From: an uncultured Gammaproteobacteria bacterium
GTDB lineage: Bacteria; Patescibacteriota; Patescibacteriia; Magasanikbacterales; UBA922
Length of the DNA stretch: 64,000 nucleotides
NCBI GenBank assembly: GCA_964519725.1
Contig: CAZFKS010000006.1
Location: 355-64,354, forward strand
Reading direction: 5' to 3'
The position numbers and the translations under genes are program-made. The notes under the pieces are model-generated. The model saw nothing but the letters and a program-made list of their open reading frames with translations. It had not been told where the DNA came from and searched no databases. Shown piece by piece: positions 1 to 8,240 of this stretch. The first letter of the stretch is position 1. Each line of letters begins with the position of its first letter.

Positions 1-808
1 CTAGAGCACTGCCACTTTGGAAATCAGCAAACACAATGTCATTACAAGCCGCGGCTTGTTCGTGTAATTGTTCAATATATTTATTGGTATACACTGAGCC
101 ACCCACAATTACCAGTTTAAGATTTTTCACTTCTGGGTGCTGAGCGGCTTTAAGATTAGCAAAGGCTTCTACCAAAATGTGCGCGCCTTTGTGTGGTACT
201 AGGCGAGACACCATTAAAATATAACCATTAGTTTTCAGGCCGAATTTTTTCAAGATTGATAAATCAGTTTCTGGAACTGTGCTTTTAACACCATTTGGAA
301 TGCAAACGGTTTGTTCAGAGAATTCGTTTAAACAGTACATTTCCAAACTACGTGAAACTGTAATGGTTTCGTGTGCAAACCACACGGCGGCTTTTTCACC
401 TAGGCGTAATATAAACCGGGCAAACACACCCCACTTTTGGTGGTAGCGGTCGATTGAGTGAAACGTGGTTACGATTTTAGCACGGGTAAATACTCGAGGA
501 ATCCAAGAAACTAAGGCTGGGCCAACCCCATGGTAGTGGATAACATCATAGTCCCCAAACAAGGCGTGGATTGAAGCGAGTAGGGTGTGGGTGATGGTAT
601 CAAAGTGTTTAGTTTTGAGAGTTGGGAGATGCTTAACCAAGATCCCATCCAGGATGGTATCTTCGGCTAAACGGGTATACCAAGACCGGCTATACACAGT
701 GACACTGTGGCCTTTTTTGGCAAGTTCTCCTGACAGGTCATGGACATGGCGTTCTACGCCCCCATGGCTGGCCGGGATCCCTTTTTGTCCGATCATGGCT
801 ATACGCAT
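1..808 (-). CDS. Glycosyltransferase family 4 (3' end outside window)
   Basis: Not in ORF track. Manual translation from ATG at 808: MRIAMIGQKGIPASHGGVERHVHDLS...VIHYHGVGPAL...IPNGV, a typical GT-B/GT4 N-terminal domain. Confidence 0.9.
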   Translation of the reverse strand, partial: MRIAMIGQKGIPASHGGVERHVHDLSGELAKKGHSVTVYSRSWYTRLAEDTILDGILVKHLPTLKTKHFDTITHTLLASIHALFGDYDVIHYHGVGPALVSWIPRVFTRAKIVTTFHSIDRYHQKWGVFARFILRLGEKAAVWFAHETITVSRSLEMYCLNEFSEQTVCIPNGVKSTVPETDLSILKKFGLKTNGYILMVSRLVPHKGAHILVEAFANLKAAQHPEVKNLKLVIVGGSVYTNKYIEQLHEQAAACNDIVFADFQSGSAL

Positions 809-837
809 ATTTTTTAGTTTACTCCTAAAAACATGAA

Positions 838-866
838 AGTATAGCAGTTTTTGGGCCTTTTGTCAA
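838..866 (-). promoter_or_regulatory. sigma70-type promoter for the GT4 gene
   Basis: Minus strand TTGACA-17 nt-TATACT with an extended -10 (TGC). Confidence 0.75.
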
Positions 867-915
867 CCCTAAAACCGGGCTAAAAGAGGATAACTTTTTG
901 GCTTATTTTAGGCAA

Positions 916-989
916 AATTCCCCCAAGGAGCGCCAGGTAAGCTCAGTCCCTCCAGTCTAGAGCCAATCTGAGCACCCCGTGGGGGAATT
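916..989 (-). other. Long stem-loop downstream of the prenyltransferase-like operon (terminator or structured RNA)
   Basis: AATTCCCCCA (916-925)/TGGGGGAATT (980-989) stem, extended by G.U pairs on the minus strand only, with an inner CTCAG/CTGAG helix. Confidence 0.55.
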
Positions 990-993
990 CTCC

Positions 994-1899
994 CTAGGGA
1001 GAAAAGGTCGCCACCTGCTCAACCAGGGAGTGCCAATACCGCCCAAAACTCGGGTCAATATCTAGGTCACTAATGAGCTTATGGCAGAGTTTGGCCTCGG
1101 TTTCAGTGACTCGACGGACCTCGCTGGCCACCCCATGTTTTTGGTATAAATAGCGGAGATAGTATAGGTCAGCGTCAGTAATAATTTGGGTTTTCCAAAT
1201 GGTTTGAAAAAAGTTTAACTCGTTAGTGTTTAATGACTGGGCTAAAATACCTGACCACAAACTTGGTTTTTGTTTTAACAGACTAAGCCTTAGTTCGCGT
1301 AAAGCACGTGGATTATTAGAAAATCCAATTAAGTCAGTTCGGCTTTCCAGGATAATTCCTAAATTTTCACCAATTACTTCTAGAATTAATTCCTGACTCA
1401 GATTGTGATAATTATTGGCCAAAGTGTAACCCAGAACTAGGGGTAGACAAAACGTAAACGCTCCGGTTTTGGCCGCATATAAATCTTTAATTTTCAGTAC
1501 GTCTTTGACAATTTCTTGATTAAAAGAATGATTACCATAGGCTTTTTCTAAAGCATATCGTAAAAATATTTCCATTAAATCTGGTTCATCTAGTTTTTGG
1601 GCTAATTCATTAATTTGATATTCTAACCAATACTGCAAGTGCTCGGTCTGGTGTGGGCTGTGAAATAGCTCCATGATGGCTGCCAGTTTAAGTGCACTTT
1701 CTTTATCAAAATTTTTAAAACTTGCGGCTGATAATAACAGTATTGGTCCGCTCAAGATTTTTTCGCTTGAACGATGAGTGATTAATTTGGTGCTAGGAAT
1801 AAAATCTTTCACCTCAGTGGCCCAGTCTTGTAGTAAAAAATCAATCTCACGACTTAATTTAGGTTTTAGTTCATCGGTATAAATAGCAAACTTATTCAT
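994..1899 (-). CDS. Divergent polyprenyl synthetase (class I isoprenoid synthase fold) homologue; Asp-rich motifs degenerate
   Basis: AAIMELFHS, KTGAFTFCLPLVLG and IGENLGIILESRTDLIGF align by eye to the A.ElfH...DDxxD, KT and G..fQi.DDxxD regions, but neither DDxxD is present. Confidence 0.7.
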   Translation of the reverse strand: MNKFAIYTDELKPKLSREIDFLLQDWATEVKDFIPSTKLITHRSSEKILSGPILLLSAASFKNFDKESALKLAAIMELFHSPHQTEHLQYWLEYQINELAQKLDEPDLMEIFLRYALEKAYGNHSFNQEIVKDVLKIKDLYAAKTGAFTFCLPLVLGYTLANNYHNLSQELILEVIGENLGIILESRTDLIGFSNNPRALRELRLSLLKQKPSLWSGILAQSLNTNELNFFQTIWKTQIITDADLYYLRYLYQKHGVASEVRRVTETEAKLCHKLISDLDIDPSFGRYWHSLVEQVATFSP

Positions 1900-1900
1900 A

Positions 1901-3583
1901 TTAATTAAACTGATGAATTAGTGATTTAATCGTAGTTCGTTCTTTAAGGGCCATGTTTAGAGCTAGTTCTAATTGCGCGATGGAATTACTAAGTAAGGCG
2001 GGGGAGTGAATTGGCCACTTAATCTTTTTGAGTAAGTATTTGGCCTCGTCTAATTCCTGCTTGGCATGCTTAATTACTAAATCAAGTCCTTCGTGCCAAA
2101 AGATTTTTTTTGCTTGGAATTGATTAATATTTTGAAACGCCTGACTAGTTAAAAATAAAGATTTAGTTACACTGGTCACCCGTTTTTGAGAAAAATCAGT
2201 TGGCCAATTGTGTAAATCATTGCAAATCTGTCGGACAGTGGTGTAATGGTGAAGTAATTTTTTAATGTTTTGACGCACTGACTTATCACTTACCAAACTT
2301 TCAATAATTAAAACTGGCCCTAAACAATGACCAAACGAACGCTCAGCAATGTGTCGGCTCATTGTTGGCAGCCATCGACTAGAGTGTTCCAGGCTATTTT
2401 TTAAATTAGCATTAAGGGTTAAAACTTCAGCGTGCGCTTCGTCTGCTGCATCCAAAATCAAAGCCACAATACTTGAATCAACTTCTAGACTGCCAGCACA
2501 TTCTTCGTAGTATTTAGTGGCGGTACGTAAATAAATATTCGCCAGATTTAGATCACTAGGTTCTGACCAGGATAGTTGATTTTCGTAAATTTCCAGGGCT
2601 AACCAGTGAAAAATATTAGCGGCCCCAAGTCTAGCAAATAATTGGCTTGGCAAATCTTTGCCGAGTGCTTCACTGAGATCACTGCTAAAATTAATAATCT
2701 CGTGGCTAATTGATCTGGTTAGAAGCTTAGTAAAACCGATTAAACTTGATTCGCGTAAATCACTACCTAGCGAGTTTATTTTTTTAGAAACTAAGCCAAT
2801 GGCTAGGCTGCGCACTGTGTCTTCAGGATTTGGTTCATTGACTTTGCTAGCTTCATGCCAAATTTTCACCCAAAGCGCTGCACTGACAGCTTCATCTCCA
2901 GAAAATTTTTGGTTCTGGAACGGCGCTAAAATTTCTTTCCTAAAATCTTGGAAAATCAAAATCTGACAGGCTTTATCTAAGCTAGACTCTGGTGCTTTGT
3001 TTTGCATTAATGATTCAGCAATTTTAATTATGCTTGCCTCTGACCTTGGTAAACTTTCTTTGGTTAAATATAAGTGCAACCATGGTGAATTAATGACTGC
3101 GTTAGTAGGATTATTTTCTTCTAAACTACTCACCAAATAATTTTCCAAATTTGGTAAATATATACCGAGTAATTGTAAGGCAGTGTGCACTAAAACATTA
3201 CTTAAAACTTTTATCTCAGTAAGATTGGTTGTGTATGGTCCGCCAGGTTTACTTTCTAATCTAATTAATAGTAAAGTTAGGGCCGTTAAATCTTCATCAC
3301 TACATTCTCCAAGCTCATAACTGGCTGCAAATAATAGCATGATTATATCTAGTTCTGAGCCTTGACTAATCTGCGCTCTAAATAGTCGGTGGATCTCTCG
3401 AGTAAATCTACTAGTTTCTCGGTCATTCTCACACAAAGGAACAATAAGGTAGCTAATAAGCGCAAACTGAAATAATTCAGGCTGGCTCGGATTAGCTTCC
3501 ATGCTTGTAAGTTGCTCGCTTTGTTTTTGGGTAACAAAAATGAGGGCTGATCGTTTAAGTTCAGCATAAGGTGACAGGATCAT
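1901..3583 (-). CDS. Two-domain terpenoid synthase/prenyltransferase-like protein (ComQ-like C-terminal domain)
   Basis: N-terminal helical domain with GGPY...SNV motif. C-terminal class I-like region with LGAANIFHWLALEIYENQ (FARM position) and RQICNDLHNW (NDxxx, like the ComQ pseudo-SARM). Starts 1 nt after the kinase stop. Confidence 0.55.
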   Translation of the reverse strand: MILSPYAELKRSALIFVTQKQSEQLTSMEANPSQPELFQFALISYLIVPLCENDRETSRFTREIHRLFRAQISQGSELDIIMLLFAASYELGECSDEDLTALTLLLIRLESKPGGPYTTNLTEIKVLSNVLVHTALQLLGIYLPNLENYLVSSLEENNPTNAVINSPWLHLYLTKESLPRSEASIIKIAESLMQNKAPESSLDKACQILIFQDFRKEILAPFQNQKFSGDEAVSAALWVKIWHEASKVNEPNPEDTVRSLAIGLVSKKINSLGSDLRESSLIGFTKLLTRSISHEIINFSSDLSEALGKDLPSQLFARLGAANIFHWLALEIYENQLSWSEPSDLNLANIYLRTATKYYEECAGSLEVDSSIVALILDAADEAHAEVLTLNANLKNSLEHSSRWLPTMSRHIAERSFGHCLGPVLIIESLVSDKSVRQNIKKLLHHYTTVRQICNDLHNWPTDFSQKRVTSVTKSLFLTSQAFQNINQFQAKKIFWHEGLDLVIKHAKQELDEAKYLLKKIKWPIHSPALLSNSIAQLELALNMALKERTTIKSLIHQFN

Positions 3584-3584
3584 G

Positions 3585-4919
3585 TTATTTTCGCCAACTA
3601 ATAGTAAAACACGCTCCGCTATTAGGTAAGTTGCTGGCCGTAATAGTAGCGTTTAATTCTTGATTTAAAATATTTTTGGTTGTAGCTAAACCTAATCCGT
3701 GATTACTTCTTTTGCTTGTAACAAATGGTTCAAAAATAGTTTCTATTTGTTCAGGTGCAATTCCTGGTCCATTATCTTTAATGTTAATATAATTGTAAGC
3801 AGTGTCACTAGACAAAGTGACTGTAATCTGGGCGTTTTTGTGAGTTTGGTGGAAAGCTTCAATACCATTAGTTAGAAGATTTACAATTGCACGCTCAAAT
3901 CGCACTGGATCACAGTAAGCATAAATTTTATTTTCCTTAATAAAATTAAGGTTAATTCCTTTTTGATTAGCTTCATACTGTACAGCCATAATTGCTTGCT
4001 CGAGTGCTTTTCGAATGTTAATTCTTTGTGGTTTTGATTGTTGTCTAAGTTCGTCTTTAATTTGTTTGGCTAATCTAATTAAACGATTAGTGATTCTGAC
4101 AGCTTGTTTAATTCGCTCAGTAATTTCTGCTGACTGAGAAAAAGAAATATTTTTCAGTTCCTGAATATGTAATGACAAGGCTGTTAGGGGATTAACTAAA
4201 TCATGAAATAAACCAGCCGAGGCGCGACCAATGGTGACTAGGTGTTCAATTTGGTTTAAGTGATACAACTGGGCTTCTTCTAAAACTTTAGCTTTTTCTT
4301 CAGTCTGTCTGGCACGGCGTAAACTAGTGTCAATATCACTGAGAACTAGTTTAATAATAAACACAAATATCAGTAAAATTCCCATGATTTCAAAAAGATA
4401 CATGTGGTTTGGTAGTAATTGCATCCAACTTAGGTCCACCGCTAAAATGGCTTGTTGGTGCAAATACATAATGAGGCCAAGGTAACTTCCAACCAAAATA
4501 ACCATTATTAAGGCTACTCTGATACTAATCAGAAGACTAACCAAAATAATTAGTAGGCCAAGGCCTAAAAGTGGGATTGGTGAAAGTGTACCCCAGCGGG
4601 TCAATAAATAAAGGGTAGGAATCGCGAGAGCAAGGAGAATGATGCTTCGAACAATTTTCCAAAAACCTTTTTTTATGAGCCAAATAGCACTGCTGCCAAT
4701 ACTGAAGCAAAGCAGTGAAATGAGGAATAATTGGCCGTGCCAAGACGACTGAAAGAGGAGTGTCAAGGATAAAAACCAGAGACTAAATAGTATGGAAAGA
4801 ACACTGTAAGCAAATACCAAAATTACTAAAATGCGCTCACGGCCCAAACCGTTTTCACGGTGTGAGATATTCCACAGTGTTTCAAATTGACTGTAGATTG
4901 TGTGGTACTTGGAGCGCAC
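3585..4919 (-). CDS. Membrane sensor histidine kinase (HisKA + HATPase_c)
   Basis: About 6 N-terminal TM segments. H-box GLFHDLVNPLT, N-box NLLTNGIEA, G1 DNGPGI, F-box IFEPFVTSK, G2 GLGL. GTG at 4919 preferred because the track's TTG start (4943) overlaps the upstream peptide gene. Confidence 0.92.
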   Translation of the reverse strand: MRSKYHTIYSQFETLWNISHRENGLGRERILVILVFAYSVLSILFSLWFLSLTLLFQSSWHGQLFLISLLCFSIGSSAIWLIKKGFWKIVRSIILLALAIPTLYLLTRWGTLSPIPLLGLGLLIILVSLLISIRVALIMVILVGSYLGLIMYLHQQAILAVDLSWMQLLPNHMYLFEIMGILLIFVFIIKLVLSDIDTSLRRARQTEEKAKVLEEAQLYHLNQIEHLVTIGRASAGLFHDLVNPLTALSLHIQELKNISFSQSAEITERIKQAVRITNRLIRLAKQIKDELRQQSKPQRINIRKALEQAIMAVQYEANQKGINLNFIKENKIYAYCDPVRFERAIVNLLTNGIEAFHQTHKNAQITVTLSSDTAYNYINIKDNGPGIAPEQIETIFEPFVTSKRSNHGLGLATTKNILNQELNATITASNLPNSGACFTISWRK

Positions 4920-4930
4920 AGAGATTACAA

Positions 4931-5041
4931 TTAACCAGACCAAGTGGGCGTACTAACCGCTGTTTCCACTGCCAAGGACAGTAGTAGTTCAGCCGAGCGA
5001 GTCTCTTTATTTTCTAAAATTGAAGTTATGAAATTTTTCAT
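4931..5041 (-). CDS. 36-aa putative signalling-peptide precursor (ComX-like), MKNFITSILENKETRSAELLLSLAVETAVSTPTWSG
   Basis: Manual translation from ATG 5041 to TAA 4931. Single Trp third from the C-terminus; ends 11 nt upstream of the kinase start. Confidence 0.75.
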   Translation of the reverse strand: MKNFITSILENKETRSAELLLSLAVETAVSTPTWSG

Positions 5042-5176
5042 AAGTGTGATTTTAGCTGAATTAATGTCGGCATCGACCTAACTGCCGCGTGTATATTCAT
5101 ACTACACTTGGTGAGTTAAATATTTGGTAAATTTTTTATTAATTTTCTGCACAACCTAAAATATGGAAAATTAGCC

Positions 5177-5203
5177 AAAAAATAACCGACTTATTAAGTC
5201 GGT
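5177..5203 (-). terminator. Putative intrinsic terminator overlapping the response regulator stop
   Basis: ACCGACTTA/TAAGTCGGT inverted repeat followed by TATTTTTT on the minus strand. Confidence 0.6.
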
Positions 5204-5865
5204 ATGATTAGTTTATAGCCTCGGCCCGGAACAGTGTGAATTAATTTTTTGTCAGTGACTGTTTGTAATTGTTTACGTAGCTCACAGAGATTACTTTCTA
5301 AAGTGTTAGACCACTGATTGGAATTAAGGTTCCAAATTTTTTCCAAAATAGTGGCGCGAGTGACAATTTTGCCAGCGTATTTGGCTAAATACTCGAGAAG
5401 CTCGTATTGTTTTTTGGGTAAATTTAGCACACGCCGACCAGCACGGACAATTTTCTGGGTAGTATCAATGGTAATTGGACCAATTTTAAGCGGCACTATG
5501 GCCGCTTGAGTTCGTCTTTGTAAAGCGCGCATGCGCGCTAATAGTTCTAGGGCGGAAAACGGTTTAGTTAAGTAATCGTCAGCGCCAATTTCTAAGAGAT
5601 TAATTTTGGTAGTTAAATCATTCACCACTGTTAGAACTAAAATTGGAATATTTTTTCCTCTAGCTCTTAGTTCAGCGCACACATTGTACCCATTTTGTTT
5701 AGGTAAATTGTGGTCCAAGATAATTGCGTCATAGTGATTGGTTACCGCTAATTCAAAACCAGTGTAACCATTGTGGGCACAATCAACTGCGTAGAGTGCA
5801 CTACTCAAAGTGGCTTTGAGACTGGTGCATAGCTCTATGTCATCATCAATGATGAGTGCTTTCAT
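5194..5865 (-). CDS. OmpR/PhoB-family response regulator (223 aa)
   Basis: Start MKALIIDDD (ATG 5865). IILDHNLP phosphoacceptor, GADDYLTKPF, winged-helix end IHTVPGRGY. The track's longer N-terminal extension is spurious. Confidence 0.95.
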   Translation of the reverse strand: MKALIIDDDIELCTSLKATLSSALYAVDCAHNGYTGFELAVTNHYDAIILDHNLPKQNGYNVCAELRARGKNIPILVLTVVNDLTTKINLLEIGADDYLTKPFSALELLARMRALQRRTQAAIVPLKIGPITIDTTQKIVRAGRRVLNLPKKQYELLEYLAKYAGKIVTRATILEKIWNLNSNQWSNTLESNLCELRKQLQTVTDKKLIHTVPGRGYKLIIPT

Positions 5866-5873
5866 ACTGGAGC

Positions 5874-5903
5874 AGTATATGCACAGATTTTTTAGTTTGT
5901 AAA
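5874..5903 (-). promoter_or_regulatory. Putative sigma70 promoter giving a near-leaderless regulator mRNA
   Basis: TTTACA-18-TATACT ending 8 nt before the ATG. Confidence 0.45.
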
Positions 5904-5960
5904 TACGCGGACCATAAATTGCCAACCACTGGGCACAAAAGTTATGCACAATGGGAAGCG

Positions 5961-5991
5961 CGGCAGTCAGATTGACCAGATCTGACTGCCG
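5961..5991. terminator. Strong hairpin downstream of the Cys-rich gene
   Basis: 12-bp perfect stem CGGCAGTCAGAT/ATCTGACTGCCG with a 7-nt loop; no clear U-tract on the minus strand. Confidence 0.5.
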
Positions 5992-6022
5992 GTTTTGAGG
6001 TGGGTTCCCCTCGGGAGAGGGG

Positions 6023-8032
6023 CTAGAGGTTGGGGTCGCAGGCGTCGCCGATGTGGTCTTTGTCTGAATCAAGCTGGTCGACGTTTTTTGTTGACCAGCA
6101 ATTGTCGAGACCGACCACGTTACACCCAGGCGTGTCGTCCGCCGTGATGCAACATATCTGCGGCAAGAAGTATTCGGCGAACATGATGCAGTCGAGAAGG
6201 TCATTCTCGTTGTCACCGAAGCCATCATTGTCAGCGTCGGCGTCGTTGCCGTCATCTTGCCACTTGTCCCCGTCGACATTCACCTGGGAGCAGGAATTTT
6301 TTGGCGCATTGGGGTACGCCGGATCGCGGGGAAGGTGAAAGCAGTCGACCGCAGGGTCGCACGCATCGAACGTGCAGTTGTCAGCGTCGCTACACAGGCT
6401 AAAGACCTGAGTAAAGATGCAGCCCGTTGCCGGGGCGCAGCTGTCCTGAGTGCAACCAACTCCGTCGTCGCAGACGATTGCGCTGTGAACGCATTCGCCC
6501 GTGACTTGGTCACAGGAGTCAGTGGTGCAGGCGCTTTGGTCGTCGCAGTCTTTGTTGTTACCGCTCGTGCAGGACGAGTTAGCACAAAAATCTGCGACTG
6601 TGCAGGGAACGCCGTCGTCGCAGGGTGCGGTGTTGGCCGCGTACTTGCAGCCGGTTTCGGGGTTGCACGTGTCGTCCGTGCACGGGTTCTGGTCGTCGCA
6701 GTTAAGCAACGCCAAATGCACACACGCACCACTGACACAGTGGTCAGAAGTTGTGCAGGCATCGCCGTCTGAGCAGGGAACATCATTGCTGAGATTCCCG
6801 AACAAACAGCCTGAGCCAGGAACGCACGTGTCGTAGGTGCACGGATTGGAGTCCGTACACGGTGTGGTCGTGTGCTGACAGCCCGAGTTTGGGTTGCAGC
6901 TGTCGACCGTACACGCGTTGTTGTCGTCACAGTCCGTGGGCGTGCTCGTGCACGTCCCAGTCTCGGGATTGCACATCTCCGAGCTGGTGCAGAGATTGCC
7001 ATCTGCGCACGAAATTGTAGTGACGAACTGACACCCGGAGTTCGGGTTGCACGAATCATTCGTGCAGAGATTGTCATCGTTGCAGGTGAGTGGGGTTTGA
7101 CCCACACAGTCACCGACATCGGTGCAAACATCGTCAGTGGTACACAGGTTGTGATCGTCGCAGCTTTGCCCCGGAACTGGGACTGGATTGCACTGGCCTG
7201 AGGTCGGTTCACACCGATTCTCAAAGCACGGATCCGGCGCCTCAGCGCAGGACACGATCGTATTTACGTCAACGACGCACTTGGTATTTTCACACACCAA
7301 GTCTCCGTTACAGAGATTAGCGTCGTTTTTGTCAGCGCAGTCAGTGCTGGTCTCACAGTCGCACACATTGGTGCCGGAAACGCAGACACTGTCAGCGCAA
7401 ACATCGTCGATTGTGCACGGGTTGTTGTCACTGCACGCGGACGTGTTGTCCGTGTGCTCGCAACCCTGAGCAGGATTGCAGTGATCGTCCGTGCAGACGT
7501 TGTCGTCGTCACAGTCGTCGTCCGCACAGAGCGGCGGAACGAAAGTGTCGACGTCATCACTGTCTGACGATTCTGCGTCCGGTGGTGTCTCGACATCAGG
7601 TGCGACTGAGTCGACTGTATCTTCGACATCATCGAACGAAGGAATGTCCTCGTCGGCGGTTTCCTCACTGGCCCAGGTATCGGGCTCAGTTTCGGAATCC
7701 TCCTCTGTGTCCAGTGCGACCCAGGTGTCGACAGCGTCTCCCGTAACTTCCTTTTCGTGGACGTCGTCAGCGACCAGGTCGGTCGACTGGTAGACATCTT
7801 CACGTGGGAAGATGGTCTGGCACGCGTCACCCACGCCGTCACCATCGCTGTCGAGCTGGTCCGGGTTGGGCACTCCTCGACAGTTGTCGAGGAAGTTCGG
7901 GATCTTGTCCAAGTCCGGGTCAGCCGCACACTCTTCTTCGCTGAAGCACTTGCCGTCCGGGTTGAAGTTGAAGCCGCAGCTAGCGGCGGTGAGGTTGAGG
8001 AAGAAGATGGCGAAGCACTTGAAAGAATTCAT
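6023..8032 (-). CDS. Cys/Asp-rich repeat lipoprotein with thrombospondin type-3-like and C.D.N.CT.D.C repeats (669 aa)
   Basis: ATG 8032 with AGGAGG upstream; signal peptide with lipobox-like LTAASC. DNC..VPNPDQLDSDGDGVGDAC-type motif at both ends, many CDDxNxCTxDxC repeats, about 76 Cys by manual count. Visibly GC-richer than the flanks. Confidence 0.85.
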   Translation of the reverse strand: MNSFKCFAIFFLNLTAASCGFNFNPDGKCFSEEECAADPDLDKIPNFLDNCRGVPNPDQLDSDGDGVGDACQTIFPREDVYQSTDLVADDVHEKEVTGDAVDTWVALDTEEDSETEPDTWASEETADEDIPSFDDVEDTVDSVAPDVETPPDAESSDSDDVDTFVPPLCADDDCDDDNVCTDDHCNPAQGCEHTDNTSACSDNNPCTIDDVCADSVCVSGTNVCDCETSTDCADKNDANLCNGDLVCENTKCVVDVNTIVSCAEAPDPCFENRCEPTSGQCNPVPVPGQSCDDHNLCTTDDVCTDVGDCVGQTPLTCNDDNLCTNDSCNPNSGCQFVTTISCADGNLCTSSEMCNPETGTCTSTPTDCDDNNACTVDSCNPNSGCQHTTTPCTDSNPCTYDTCVPGSGCLFGNLSNDVPCSDGDACTTSDHCVSGACVHLALLNCDDQNPCTDDTCNPETGCKYAANTAPCDDGVPCTVADFCANSSCTSGNNKDCDDQSACTTDSCDQVTGECVHSAIVCDDGVGCTQDSCAPATGCIFTQVFSLCSDADNCTFDACDPAVDCFHLPRDPAYPNAPKNSCSQVNVDGDKWQDDGNDADADNDGFGDNENDLLDCIMFAEYFLPQICCITADDTPGCNVVGLDNCWSTKNVDQLDSDKDHIGDACDPNL

Positions 8033-8091
8033 GACTGCCTCCTGGCAAAATTGAAGTTGACGAACTGGAAACCGAAGAAACATTAATCTTG

Positions 8092-8144
8092 AAATTGCTT
8101 CGGAGTTTAATGACACAGAGTATCACTAAAATCCGAAGCAATTT
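8092..8144 (-). promoter_or_regulatory. 24-bp hairpin in the 5' leader of the Cys-rich gene
   Basis: AAATTGCTTCGGA/TCCGAAGCAATTT plus an 11-bp inner stem that pairs fully (two G.U) only on the minus strand. Confidence 0.6.
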
Positions 8145-8208
8145 GGTCATTTTTTCCACCTCATGTAAAGAACAGTCACTACGCCTACTAAAGGTGTAGT
8201 AGCCAAAC

Positions 8209-8237
8209 ATCATAGCAATAATGCGGCTAAAAGTCAA
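8209..8237 (-). promoter_or_regulatory. sigma70 promoter for the Cys-rich gene
   Basis: TTGACT-17-TATGAT with extended -10 TG. Confidence 0.7.
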
Positions 8238-8240
8238 TAT

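Noticed and set aside
5942-5950. DnaA-box-like TTATGCACA
   Set aside because: Isolated one-mismatch match; no box cluster or dnaA context.
5866-6279. 138-aa N-terminal extension of the response regulator in the ORF track
   Set aside because: Overlaps the Cys-rich gene in another frame and crosses a hairpin and promoter; the receiver domain starts at MKALIIDDD (5865).
6300-7530. Repetitive DNA that might suggest a CRISPR array or tandem repeat
   Set aside because: Repeats are degenerate and codon-phased, explained by protein repeats; no fixed repeat-spacer pattern or cas genes in the window.
6030-8237. Many long alternative-frame and antisense ORFs over the Cys-rich gene
   Set aside because: Expected shadow ORFs of a GC-rich repetitive coding sequence; no recognisable motifs.
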